Made by a program: the position numbers and the translations under genes. A model generated the notes under the pieces. The model was not told the origin of the DNA. It worked only from the letters and a program-made list of their open reading frames with translations, and did no database searches. From positions 21,080,001 through 21,144,000 of the forward strand of contig OX597829.1 in NCBI GenBank assembly GCA_951406725.2: DNA of 64,000 bases. Direction: 5' to 3'. The stretch comes from Octopus vulgaris. Lineage: Eukaryota. This document shows, in pieces, positions 13,208 to 26,219 of the stretch; the stretch's first letter is position 1; the number at the start of each line of letters is the position of its first letter.

Positions 13208-14099
13208 TACAATCAACCAATAAAGGTGAGAAAATTGGGTACTAATTTAATAGCACATCCATTTACCACCAAGTGGCTTAGTGCATAAAAAACCCAGATT
13301 ACGACACATTTTATACATAAATATAAGAGAGTGACCACCATGTGGTCTACTCTAGCACTAAAAATAGATCCGCAAGGTTTCAGCCACAAAAGAAATTGTT
13401 TCCGTTGAAAGTTAGCACGACTACTAGCGCAAATGAACTAATCTGCATTTTTGTTATTTTTATTTGCCCTGTTCGTTTGCGCTAGTAGTCGTGCTAACTT
13501 TCAACGGAAACAATTTCTTTTGTGGCTGAAACCTTGCGGATCTATTTTTAGTGCTAGAGTAGACCACATGGTGGTCACTCTCTTATATTTATGTATAAAA
13601 TGTGTCGTAATCCGGGTTTTTTATGCACTAAGCCACTTGGTGGTAAATGGATGTGCTATTAAATTAGTACCTAATTTTCTCACCCTTATCGTTTGATTGT
13701 AATTATGCTGCATTTAATTTTGGATGTAGTATTTGTTTCCGTGAATTTTGGCGGGCGATGACAGGGGCACTTGAATTATAACAGCAAGTACAATCGACTC
13801 AACTGCACGTGCGTTTATCGTTATGGTGAAGTCTAGCGTGCGATCGGGTAAATTGTATTCTGGATGGGTTCGGCTGAGGAGCTACAGATGAATTTATGTA
13901 AGTAAAAGCACATAATTTATTAATAGCGAAACAATTGTCTTGAACTAATCTACATTTTGTTATGTTTATTTGCCCTGTCCATTTGTGCTGGTAGTAGTGC
14001 TAACTTTCAACGGAAACAATTTCTTTTGTGGCTGAAACCTTGCGGATCTATTTTTAGTGCTAGAGTAGACCACATGGTGGTCACTCTCTTATATTTATG

Positions 14100-14103
<4 letters not shown>
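13208..14103 (+). mobile_element. Hammerhead-bearing non-autonomous Penelope-like/retrozyme-like insertion: inverted copy + 507-nt unit + partial unit, in (TA)n
   Basis: 13208-13438 is the reverse complement of 13471-13701; 13941-14102 directly repeats 13434-13595; (TA)n on both sides; intact hammerhead at the unit junction. Confidence 0.88.
13868..13945 (+). ncRNA. Type I hammerhead ribozyme
   Basis: Stem I GTTCGG/TTGAAC; core CTGAGGA 13874-13880; stem II GCTA/TAGC; GAAAC 13928-13932; palindromic AATT; GTC cleavage triplet 13937-13939. Confidence 0.9.
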
Positions 14104-14132
<29 letters not shown>

Positions 14133-14889
14133 TTATGTATGTATGTATCGTCATCATCATTGTTTAGCGTCCGCTTTCCATGTTAGCATGGGTTGGACGG
14201 TTTGACTGGGGTCTGGGAAGCCAGAAGGCTGCACCAAGCCCAGTCTGATCTGGCAATGTTTCTACGACTGGATGCCCTTCCTAACGCCAACTACTCCGTG
14301 AGTGTAGTGGGTGCTTTTTACGTGCCAGACAAGGCTGGCAAACAGCCACGATCGGATGGTGCTTTTTACGTGTCACCGGCACGGATGCCAGTCGGGGCGG
14401 CGCTGGCAATGGCCATGTTCGGATGGTTCTCTTACGTGCCACCAGCACTGGTATCACAGCTACAATTTCCATTGATGTTGATCGATTTTGATTTTGATTT
14501 TGATTCTGATTCTCACTTGCCTCAACAGGTCTTCACAACTAGAATTCTGTGTCCCAAGAAGGAAAGGTATGCATAAGTGGACCAGCTACATCCCAGGTAG
14601 AGGCCACGGGTTATGGTCTCACTTCTCCTGCCAGATCTTCTCATGCACAGCATACTTCCATAGGTCTCGGTCTCTAGTCATTTCCTCGGTGAGACCTAAA
14701 GTTCAAAGGTTGTGCTTCACCACCTCGTTCCAGGTTTTCCTGGGTCCACCTCTTCCACAGGTTCCCTCAACTGCTAGGGTGTGGCACTTTTTCACACAAC
14801 TATCTTCATATATATTGTTGGTAAAAATTATAAATCTGAAAAAGAAGCATACTGTAAGTTATAGAGCAATAAAGTATAGCAATAAAAAT

Positions 14890-15083
14890 AGATATGGCCT
14901 GTCTATGGGGTTGCACTGGGTTTCATATCCATAAAGCACTTAGCTTTACAGTGTTTCTTCAGACCATAGGCCTATGGTCTCTGTTGCTAGAGAAGCCATA
15001 GGCCTAGGGTTTGAAGAAACACTGTAAAGCTAAGCGCTTTATGGAAGTGAAACCCAGAGTAATCCTATGGACCAGCCATATCT
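14890..15083. mobile_element. Fold-back element with a degenerate hammerhead in each arm
   Basis: Arms 14890-14982 and 14989-15083. Minus arm GGT-CTGAAGA...GAAAC-CCAGT-GCA-ACC; plus arm GGGT-TTGAAGA...GAAAC-CCAGA-GTA-ATCC. Confidence 0.7.
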
Positions 15084-15273
15084 CATATATCATATATATA
15101 TACACATACATACAAATGGCGGTGCCCCAGCATGGCCACAGCTCGTGAGCTGAAACTAGATAAAATAAAATTTAAAAAAATACACATGTATATGTATATG
15201 TACATTCAATTAGTGTCTGCTGAAATGATTTGAAACTAAAATATCTAATAACATAACGGTATATCTTTTCTAC

Positions 15274-15355
15274 CCCTCTGATGAGATTTTGCCTTATACA
15301 ATGATTTAATGACTGTAATTTAATCTTTTAGGCTAAATTGAAACAGCTGTAAGAG
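15274..15355 (+). ncRNA. Type I hammerhead ribozyme (long stem II, weak stem I)
   Basis: CTGATGA 15278-15284; stem II GATTTTGCCT/AGGCTAAATT; GAAAC-AGCT-GTA 15340-15351; stem I CCCT/AGAG with one mismatch. Confidence 0.75.
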
Positions 15356-15904
15356 AATATGCTGGATTTTTGAAAATAATAAATCATCTTAATGCTACAT
15401 CTTCATTTTCTAAATTTTCTTTTATATATACATTTACCAATTTATTTTGCAAGATTCCTGATGTGAAATTGTGTGTTGAAAGAGATATTGTTGTACTTCA
15501 GGATGGTCATTTTATTTATTTATTTTTTTGCCAAATAAACACATGCACTATATATTTTTTTTCACTCATTTATTGCTGTTATTTTATTATTTTAACGCCT
15601 GTCCATTGTCCGGAAATCACACACATGCATGCATGCTCAGAGGAAGAGAGAGGAGGAGAGAGAGAGAGGGGAAGAGACAGAAATGCCTTCAAAACAATAA
15701 CTAAAACAAGATTGACATTTGAAATGGCGACCATAAAATAAAATATAATCCATCTCAGACAAAAAAGATCCCTTCTCTTTCTTTCTTTCTCTTTCTTTTT
15801 TCCTCTTTTCCCTTTTTCTATTTTTTTCCCCCTCTAACCAAGCCTTCAAAAATTCACCACACATACATGCTTGCACATACATGCATGCATATATGTTTGC
15901 ATGC

Positions 15905-15933
<29 letters not shown>

Positions 15934-15935
<2 letters not shown>

Positions 15936-16245
15936 GAGGCGCAATGGCCCAGTGGTTAGGGCAGTGGACTTGCAGTCGTAGGATCGTGGTTTTGATTCCC
16001 AGACCGGGTTTTGTGATTGTTTATTGAGCAAAAACACTTAAAATCTCCACGAGGCTCCGGCAGTGGGTGGTGGCGATCCCTGCTGTACTCTTTCGCCACA
16101 ACTTTCTCTCACTCTTTCTTCTGTTGGCCTGCTCGCTTAACCCGGAAGGTGGCGTCATTTGAAGGCTAAAACAATGCAAAGTGCATTGTGACCAGCGATG
16201 TGTAGCAACATCTGATATCCTGGTCGGTCACATGATCACGTGATA
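15934..16245 (+). mobile_element. SINE family C (tRNA-like head, ends in (TA)n); copies at 42265-42568 and 41304-41551
   Basis: TGGCCCAGTGGTT A-box, GTTT(C/T)GATTCC B-box; tail GTGACCAGCG...CTGGTCGGTCAC..GATCACGTGA-TATA. Confidence 0.85.
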
Positions 16246-16469
16246 TATATATATAAATGCGCAAACATATAAATGACAAAACAACATCTCTTCCAGAGTT
16301 ATATAAAAGGCATGAATTTTCTATAAAAAATCATTTCTGATGATTCTCAGAAATGAATGTGATTAAAGTGCCAATGAATAATTCCAAAATTTTGACACTT
16401 TCTCCTTTTTACTTAATATTTAAAATATCTGTACACCACAACAGATAATTTGTGTGTGTGTGTATGTAT

Positions 16470-16749
16470 AGTTCAAATTTTCAAATTTATAGAAAAGCAA
16501 TGATGAAGACAGGCGTAGGAACAACAAGTAAGTGTATTAGTTTGGTACTCAGGAAAGAATGGAAAAGTCTTTTATGTTTAGAGCCTATGCTCTTCAATAG
16601 GAAGGAATAAGAGAAAATAGAGGGAGAATGAAAAAAAAACATGGTGAATTCAGTGGTCCAACATGGTGAATCTATATATATATAGATTCACCGTGTTGGA
16701 CCACTGAATTCACCATGTTTTTTTTTCATTCTCCCTCTATTTTCTCTTA
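16470..16749. mobile_element. Fold-back element centred on a short TA run; same family at 46095-46290, related ends at 27818-27917 and 47740-47820
   Basis: Arms 16608-16672 and 16685-16749; hammerhead-like motif on the minus strand 16568-16605. Confidence 0.72.
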
Positions 16750-17003
16750 CACTCCTTTATGTACACTGTTTTGTCATATATTATTATGTTTGACCTTAAA
16801 GTTTCTTATGTGGTGGTTTAATAAAGTATGTGATTGGGTATTATCTGGTAGTTGATATTTGATTTGGATGTATTTCTCCATTTTCTTATTTTGTCAAGAC
16901 ATGAAACAATTGTAGTGGCGGTTTTTTTTACTTTTTATTAAAATTTTATGTATTGATTAAGTCTTTCCTTGTTTGTTTTGCAAAATAGTGGTTTTGTCTC
17001 TAA

Positions 17004-17044
<41 letters not shown>

Positions 17045-20000
17045 TATAAAGTGTGTGTGTGTGTGGTGTATAAGTATGTATATGTTTATATCTAAATATT
17101 TATCTATATGTATACATGTGTGTGTGTGTATGTATATGTTATGAGACTGATGGACTGTAAGTCTTACAAACCACTACACCTCACCCAATTTTACTCTAGT
17201 TGTGCCTTGTGGGTCCATGTGAGTACCTCATCATCATTCTCTGTCTTGCAGCTCCTACTGAAAATTTTCTCTTCTCCCTTGTCTTCCCCTATAGTAGATG
17301 TGAGTAACCATGCAGATCCCTCTACCTCCTCTCTCACAGTATCCCCAACTCCATGTGCATGAAGCTGACTCTGAATCATCTATATTACTCTCGCTGCTCA
17401 TCACCCCCTACTCCTCTGCATCCCTCTATTATTGTCAGTTCATAGGTCTTGTCTCCCCCACCCTTCAACCCTAGCCATTTTGGCAGTCTGCTTCCCTATC
17501 CCATATTTCACCCTCCCATACAATCTTGCAAACTACCCACCCATTTTTACTCAGCTTGTAGGATCACATGGGTACCTTATCATCATTATTTATGTCTTGC
17601 AATTCCTACAGACTATTTTCCACCCTTAGCTCCAACCACTTTTCCCCCCATACTACATGTAAGCATCCAGTGAAACCCCTTTACAGGAACCTGCTCTGGG
17701 TTTCTCCCCCTAAGCATGAACCTGCTCTCCTCTACCCTAGAGCATGTAGTCCTGTGAACTGTGTGACAACCTCAATAGTACAAGTGGCATAAAAAAAAAA
17801 GCACCCAGTTCATGCTGTACATTGGTTGGCATTAGGAAGGGCATCCAGTCATAAAAAAAACATGCCTAAGAAGACATGCTCTATGCAGTCTTTGAGTACA
17901 TTACTTCCTGTGAAATCATCCAATCCATGCCAGCATAAAGATATATTTAGTACTGATGTATTTTTTATAACCCACTGCTTAGTGGGACAACTATTGTATT
18001 CTTTCCATAGGGGCTATGTATTGAAGCTTAGCTACATGTACTTTTTATGTTTACAAAGATAAGTATACAGTACAGTATAATAATAGATTTCTTAAAGCAT
18101 TGCCAATATTTTCACCAATGTTTGCAATGCTTTAACAAATAGCAAAATAATATTATAGACAGATAATGTTTTTGATTTTGTTCTATACTTAAGATTGTTT
18201 AAATTTTTGCTGCATACTTTCAACACACCTTCAATTACTTAATCACAATGGAAAGGCAAAGAGAAGTAAACCAATATTTCCTCATGGAAAATCTGTATAC
18301 CATTGTTTTTGTGGTACTTTAAATGGATAATCACTCTCAAGTCAGACTAAGTCTATAACAAAGTATATAGTTTTCAAAGTTGAACTTATTTAAGACTTCA
18401 TTTTAAATTATTGTGAATTTCCAACACCCCCAGCAAAATATTCTGAGAAATACAATTTGAAAAGAAATTATGTATTTCATGGTTCTGTACAAATTTCCAA
18501 TAATTTTATAGTTTTACAAAATAACACCAGAAGTTCATTATTTATCTCTTTAAGTATTGATTTTTTAAAAAGCTTTCTCTAATATTTTTATTATGCCCTT
18601 TTCCTGGGCATAGAAATTTGTATGTTTTGAACACTAGAGTCAGAATATACAGAACAGAAAATTTCTTCTTTTCTACAATTTCAAAATTTTTTGATGTAAA
18701 TATATATTTTGAAGATAGGATATAGGGTTAGATGGTTACTCTTGTTTTTTGTATAATTAAGGGTACATATAAATTTTTTTTCATCTTGAAACTATTACTT
18801 CCTTTTCTGAATATATTGAAGGATGTTTCTGTTTCAAATTATTAAGGATGTAAAAAATCTAACATAGACAAAATATATTTTAGACACATCGAATTCAAAT
18901 TAACGATATTAACCTACTCTCCGTTTCCAAATTCTAATCAGATTTTAGAAATTAATATTTTTATAAGTAATTTTTTTTTTGTGATTCGTCAGAAAATGCT
19001 TTGTTTTTTTTTTTAAAAAAAGAAAGGCAGACCAAAGAATTGAGATGAGTGTTTAATAATGCTGACACTTGAACTAAATTCTGAAATTCTTATGATACCA
19101 AAGAAATGAGCTCAATTAAAGTACATACTATTTATAAAATCTAAATGATATTTTCTGCAATAAATTTTTTTCCTACTTAAAATGGAACCTTTTTCATTGT
19201 GGTTTAATTTTCTTTCAAGATATCTGCAGCTTTCAAAGAAAAAAAACAAAAACGAAAATAGGTGACACTGACCTATTTTCATCCATTTTGTTAACAATAC
19301 TTAATATTGGTTTCGAATTTTTGGCATAATGCTCGAAATTTTGGGGATGGATCCTAGTTGATTACATCAACTCCAATACTTGACTAGTACATATTTGATT
19401 GATCCTCAAAGGATGAAACGCGAAGTCAACCTTTGTGGAATTTGAAATCAAAAGGTTAAGATGGTTGAAATACTGCAAAGCATTCTACTAGCTCACTGCC
19501 TTAGCAATGTTCAAAATTTAGATGAATGAATGAACTGTATTCCTTTTTGTATCAAAGTCACATAATGAATTGAAACCTGTTGTTTCTGAGTGCTGCTTAA
19601 AATTTAAACAATGGTTAAAGTGTTCAAAATTTGAAGTAAATTCAAGAATATAGAAATTTAAATTATAGCAAAACAGCAGAATGCAAGCAAACTAGTGATG
19701 CTGCTAGAGCAGAAACTAGTGCAACGAGTTTATCGGAGGAATAGATTTCATCGTGTGTGATAGAAGAGAAGTCTAACATTGCTTGCAGGACCTTTTTTAT
19801 TGGAAGGATTAAGAAATATGGAATGATGTTGATGGATAAATAATTTGGTTAAGATAGAAAGAGAAAGGGGGAAGAAGATGTAAGTAGTTTTTTGTACGAG
19901 AGGAAAACAGTCAAGATGAAAAGGAAATTGAAGGAATGTGAACAACTTTTCAAAGAATCACTGAGAGGAAACGGAACATACAGACAGGAAAAAATCCATT

Positions 20001-21930
20001 TATATGACACTTTGCTCATTATGACATGCGGAAAAAGGATAAGGTGGGTAGGGAAAGAATAATTGAGTTACATCCACTTCTTGTCCATTAATTCACACAT
20101 GCACATATACTATGTGCGTGTGTGTGCATGAATGTGTGTGTACACATACACACACACACAAACGTTCAGGGTGGCCATTGACCTCCTGAAAGAATGAAAA
20201 CAGCATAAACATTCTTGAACTGATCTTGAAGGATTGTCACCAAACAACTACTCTTTTACTTGTTTCAGTCATTTGACTGTGGCCATGCAGGAGCACTACC
20301 TTTAGTCGAGCAAATTGACCCCAGGACTTATTCTTTGGAAGCCTAGTACACACACACACACACGCATACATATAAATACACACCAATATTGGTATACTCT
20401 TTTACTTGTTTCAGTCATGACTGTGGTCATGCTGGAGCACCCACTTTAGTCGACTTATTCTTTGGACTTATTCTTTGTAAGCCTAGTAATTATTCTACTG
20501 GTCTCTTTTGCTGAACCACTAAGTTACAAGAATGTAGGCACACCATCATTGGTTGTCAAGCAATAGTGGGGGGTGGGATACAGATGCACAAATACATACA
20601 CATATGTATATACATATACAATGGGCTGCTTTCAGTTTCCACCACCTACCAAATCCACTCACAAGACTTTGGTCAGTCTAAGGCTATAGTAGATGACACT
20701 TGCCCGAGGTATTAGGCAGTAGGAATGAACCCGGAATCATATTAGATACTTTACAGCAAAAATTCTTGATTTATCAAAATCATCTCAGCTTTCAGTGGGT
20801 GTTTTATAATTATCAAATGGCAATCATGACTTGCTCCTTAAAGATCATGCCAAAACTGGCCTCACCTGTGCTGGTGCCATGTAAGAAGTACTGTGTACAC
20901 TCTGCAGAGTGGTTGGTGTTAGGAAAGGCATTCAGCTGTAAAAACTATACCAAAACAGACAATGAAATCTGGTGCAGTCTTCTTCCTGGGCAGTTCCTGT
21001 CAAACTGTCGGACCCATGCCAGCAGGGAGGGCGAATGTTAAACAATGATGATGATGATGAGATAATCTCAAGTTTTAAAAAAACTCTCCAAAACTGACAT
21101 GCCATTAAGAAAAAGGATAGGATTATTGTCTGGAGATATGTTGCTTATATAGGGAGGAAACAATAAATATAAAATAAGAATAAAAATGATGAAATAGAAA
21201 GAATGAAACCAAGGCAACAATAATATTAAATGCAAGGAAGGGAAGAAGAAGAAGAAGAAGAAGAAGAAGAAGAAGAAGAAGAGGAGGAGGAGAAGGAGGA
21301 GGAGGAGACATATATGAAGTAAGTTGATCGATTAGTTGTGAATCACAGATATAAATAGTGGCAGGCCATGATGATAAAATACTAACAAACCCAAAAAATA
21401 ACAATAATATTAAGTATACTACTACTACTACTACTACTACTGCTACTGCTGCTGCTGCTGCTGTTGCTGCTATAAATAATCAAATATGAATAAATATAAA
21501 GAAAAGTGTATATATATATGTGGCTGTGTGGTAAGTAGCATGCTTACCAACCACATTGTTCCGGGTTCAGCCCCACTGCGTGGCATCTTGGGCAAGTGTC
21601 TTCTGCTATAGCCCCGGGCCGACCAATGCCTTGTGAGTGGATTTGGTAGACGGAAACTGAAAGAAGCCTGTTGTATATATGTATATATATATATATGTAA
21701 ATGTGTATGTGTGTGTATATGTTTGTGTGTCTGTATTTGTCCCCCTAGCATTGCTTGACAACCGATGCTGGTGTGTTTACGTCCCCGTCACTTAGCGGTT
21801 CAGCAAAAAGAGGCCGATAGAATAAGTACTGGGCTTACAAAGAATAAGTCCCGGGGTTGATTTGCTCAACTAAAGGCGGTGCTCCAGCATGGCCACAGTC
21901 AAATGACTGAAACAAGTAAAAGAGTAAAGA

Positions 21931-21985
<55 letters not shown>

Positions 21986-21989
<4 letters not shown>

Positions 21990-22365
21990 GAGGTACCCAA
22001 AATGCTCTTCGTGGGACAAGCCCATTGTAGTTCAGGCTTCTGCAGCTAGAAGCCACTTGATGCAACCTGTGGACATCAGTTGCCGCTTGATGCAACCTGC
22101 TGACCATTCGCATCCACTGGAGACATACTGCCACGTGGCGCGTCTTTGTTTTGCAAACGCTTCTCCCTGAAATAGTTATCATGCTTTGAACAGCTGATAA
22201 GGATGCTGCCATCAGCAAAACACAAGTTTACAAGTGGTTCTCACACTTTAGGAATGTTCCCTTGTTGCTTGAAGACCAACCACGTTCAGGGCAGCCATTG
22301 ACCTCCTGAATGAATGAAAACAGCATAAAAATTCTTGGACTGATCTTGGAGGATTGTCACCAAAT
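21986..22365 (+). mobile_element. Mariner 5' fragment (short copy also at 20161-20245)
   Basis: SKTQVYKWFSHFRN...LEDQPRSGQP. Confidence 0.7.
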
Positions 22366-23116
22366 GCCTAAATATATATATATATATATAGAGCGAGAGA
22401 GTGGGGGTGGATACAGAAAGACAGACAGAGTAAAAAAATATATATATCGTCATCATCATCATTTAATCTCCAGGTTCTATGCAGGTATTTGTTGGACAGT
22501 TTGACAAGATCCAGTAGGTACAAGGACTGTTTCATGCTGAAATTTTGCAGTATTATTTTATCCACTTAGTTTTACATGTTTACATTTCTATCACCTTCTA
22601 AATCAGTCCAGAGGTGTTTTCACTGTTTGAAGCAGTGCTGGAACTCTTGTGAAGTAATGCCCTTTAACACCTCTGTTGCTTTTTTCTTCATTTCCTCCAC
22701 ATCTGCAAATTCCATAGCACCAGCTTTTGTCACCAGTGATGACCTTCAAAAAGAGGTCTGAATCAATTTCTAACTGTTCTTTCAGTTCATGACATGCATT
22801 CAGTCATGACTGCTTATAATCTTCCTTGAGCAAGCAAGGCACAAATTTTGCTGCATCACTTTTCATTCGCAATCCCTCACTCAAAATTCATTGCAAGAAC
22901 TCCAAGACACACCAGTTGTATAAGCAAGTTCATCAGTTTATAGGCACAGGAGTGGCTGTGTGGCAAGTAGCTTGCTTACAAACCACATGGTTCCAGGTTC
23001 AGTCCCACTGCATGGCACCTTGGGCAAGTGTCTTCTACTATAACCTCAGGCCAACCAAAGCCTTGCAAGTGGATTTGGTAGACAGAAACTGAAAGAAGCC
23101 CGTCGTATATATGTGC

Positions 23117-23148
<32 letters not shown>

Positions 23149-23969
23149 GTATATGTTTGTGTGTCTGTGTTTGTTCCCCCCAACATCGCTTGACAACCGA
23201 TGCTGGTGTGTTTATGTCCCCGTAACATAGCAGTTTGGCAAAAGAAACTGATAGAGTAAGTACTAGGCTTACGAAGAATAAGTCCTGGGGTCGATTTGCT
23301 CGACTAAAAAAGACAGTGCTCCAGCATGGCCACAGTCAAATGACTGAAACAAGTAAAAGATTAAAATAGTAAAGAGTATATCTATGCATATAAAGATAAG
23401 TTTTCAAATTATGGTTGGTATGGATATAAAATCCAAGTTGGTACCATAGTTGCAAGTACTGGTTATTAATGCCGGCGAATCTCTGTGAGTATATAAAAAA
23501 CTCCAGTTAGTTTGATTTACTAATCTCAGTCTATCTTCACATTGGTAAATCCATATGTCTCTATGGAGACTGCATTTTTCCAGGAGAGAAAATAATGAAT
23601 TTATAATAAAGAAGATTAAAGATGTTTATCTAGTTTTATAGTTTTATTCAGCAGTTAATTACTTCTAGATAATAATAACATTGTATATATATTCTTTTAT
23701 TCTTTTATTTGCTTCAGTCATTTCACTGCAGCCAAGCTGGAGTACTACCATTGATCAAACAAAGTGATACCAAGACTTATTCTTTGTAAGCCTAGTACTT
23801 ATTCTATAAGAGTCTTTTGCTGGGACAAACACAGGCACACAAATGCATATATATATACGATGGGCTTCTTTCAGTTTTCATCTACCAAATCCACTCACAA
23901 GGCTTTGGTTGGCCTGAGGCTATAGTAGTGGGGCTGAACCCAGAACCATGGGGTTGGGAAACAAGCTTC

Positions 23970-25349
23970 AATTGCCATAAAGGCATTACACAGAGGGGGA
24001 CACTACAACACATGTGGGGACATATAACAATTAAAAATATAAAAATAAAATATGATATAATGAATGACACATGAAAAACAAATTAAAATATGATAACATG
24101 AATGATATCTGAAAATGATATTATGAAGAGTGTGCTATTCATCCCACACTAAGTAACACCACTCGCCGCCTCTGGGTCCTAAGTCCTTTTTCTCTTTCAG
24201 TCCAATCCTTTTACCCCTTTCTTCATCACTTAGTGACATCATTCTCTCCGCCATGCATTCGTAACCTTTTTCACTGGGAGTGGGAGCGGGTCATCTAAAT
24301 TTTGTGGTGTCTGTTCTTTCTTCTTTTTTCCTTGCGGGGAAATGGGATGGGTAGGTTTGGTGTCTGTATGGGGAGGGTGGGTCTGAATGGTTTTGGGTGG
24401 GATGGAGTTGGACTGAGGTACCACATCATACTCAGTGCTTTTTCTTTTTTTCTCTTTCTCCTTCTGCTTTCTGTAACTTTCCATTCTTCCTCCTTTTCCT
24501 CCATCTGTCTTTTCTTCCTCTCTTTTCTCTTCCATCTTCACAACTGTTTCCTCAGCCATTGTCCTCTGTAGAGGGCAGTGTGCTCTAATGTGGCCCTTTT
24601 GGTCACATTTAAAACAATGTGGTACTCTGCCCACACCCTCAGCATGATTTCCCCCAATTCTGCCACATTCTCCAGTTGACCCTCCTCTGTCTGAAAAATG
24701 AGTTTAAGTGTCTTTCCTTTCCACCCTCCTTCTTCCATTTCTGTGGCTTGGACGACAGCCACATTCTGCTCGCTTTCAAGGACAGCTGCCACTACTCAAG
24801 CCACTTCTATATCCAGTGGAATTGCTTCTACCCTCACCTTGGAAGTCTTTCTTCCAAGGTATGTGGGCAGAAGCACTGCTTCCTCTGTTTTCACCACCAC
24901 ACTTGCCAGCCTCCTTACCTCCTCTACTGTCCTAAATTGGATGACTGTTGTCCCATATCTTCTTCCTTTGGTTATGTACATTATCTCCTTTGATCGTTCC
25001 CTCAACGTCTTTTCCACTTCTGCCTTTTTTACCTTTCAATGAGTGTACCTTATAGGTGATCGTTTTCTTCTCCATCCTCTCCATAATTCCTTTGGGGAGT
25101 GACAACTTCATGTCACCGATCACCTTCTGAGCCATCTTTTCATACTTTTTCAGACCAGCCAAATCCAGCTCCCTTCGCTTCACCTCCGTGGTTTTAGCAA
25201 AACTCCTTGTCTTCAACACTCCATCCTTCTTTATGACCGCCCTTACCAGCTCCTCCTTTGATGACGACAACTCAGACCCATCTTGTAAGCAACACAAAAA
25301 ACCATGACTCTTACAAAATCCAGACAGCAAATAACCCAACGCATGCACA
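23970..25349 (-). mobile_element. ORF1/gag-only retroelement (1.38 kb) with CCHC knuckle, inserted in a SINE
   Basis: Four consecutive broken ORFs with CFKCDQKGHIRAHC in the last; TSD GAA(A/G)CAAGCTTC at 23958-23969 and 25350-25361; the host SINE resumes after the TSD. Confidence 0.8.
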
Positions 25350-25758
25350 GAAGCAAGCTTCTTACCGCACCACCATTCCTGCGCCTATATATATAGGTAC
25401 AGACAACATGGCTGTGTAGTAAAGACAGTTGCTTAGCAACTAAGTAGTTTCAGGTTCAGTCCAACAGTGTGGCACCTTAGGCAAGTGTCCTCTACAGAAA
25501 CTGTAACCCCAGGTTGACCAATGCCTGGTGAGTGAATTTGGATGCATGTGTGTCTTTGTGTTTGTGTTTGACTCTACCACTGTTTGACAGCTAGTGTTGT
25601 TTTGTGCATGCCACTATAACTTAGCAGTTCAGTAAAAGATACTAATGAAATGACTATCACTTAATAAAAAATAAGAACTAGCATTGATTTGTTTGACTAA
25701 GCACTTTAAAGATGTACCCCAGTGTAACTGCAGTTAAATGACTGAAACATGTAAAAGA

Positions 25759-25797
<39 letters not shown>

Positions 25798-25933
25798 TAT
25801 ACATATATCTATATCTATATCTATCTATATATGTATATGTGTGTGCGCAGGTGTGTGTGTGTTTGTATGTGTTTGTATGTGTGTGTGTGTGTGTGTGTGA
25901 CACAGAGAAATAGTTTGATGAAGTGTTATATAA

Positions 25934-26154
25934 CCCTTTCGTTACTGTATTTATTTTGAGATGCTCTGTGTTTCTTCCAATTATTTTAAATATAAGAAAG
26001 AATTTAGTAAAATAACATCGTTATCATTGAGCTAGTGTTAGGAACATAAATTGTGACTAAAATTTGGTGGAAATTTTGAATTCAAAACTTATGAAAACAA
26101 GACATTTATACTAAAGAGCCAGAGCCGGTTTCAGCCGGGTTGGTAACGAAAGGG
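25934..26154. mobile_element. piggyBac-type MITE
   Basis: TIR CCCTTTCGTTAC/GTAACGAAAGGG, flanked by ATAA and TTAA. Confidence 0.75.
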
Positions 26155-26219
26155 TTAACAATAAGAAATTTCTAATATCATGACAAATTGTTTTGTAACT
26201 TAGATACATGTATAACTGT

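Noticed and set aside
13885-13923. SECIS element inside hammerhead stem II
   Set aside because: ATGA and an apical A-run are present, but the helix is too short and the 3' GA is missing; no in-frame TGA at Cys positions in the PLE relic.
13451-14205. Duplicated 81-82 aa ORFs
   Set aside because: Non-ATG starts and no motif; a by-product of the direct repeat in the hammerhead element.
15934-16010. tRNA gene
   Set aside because: tRNA-like SINE head running into a repeated body, with no proper acceptor stem or terminator.
23560-23660. Additional minus-strand hammerhead
   Set aside because: GAAA...GTC-like half only; no matching core or stem I.
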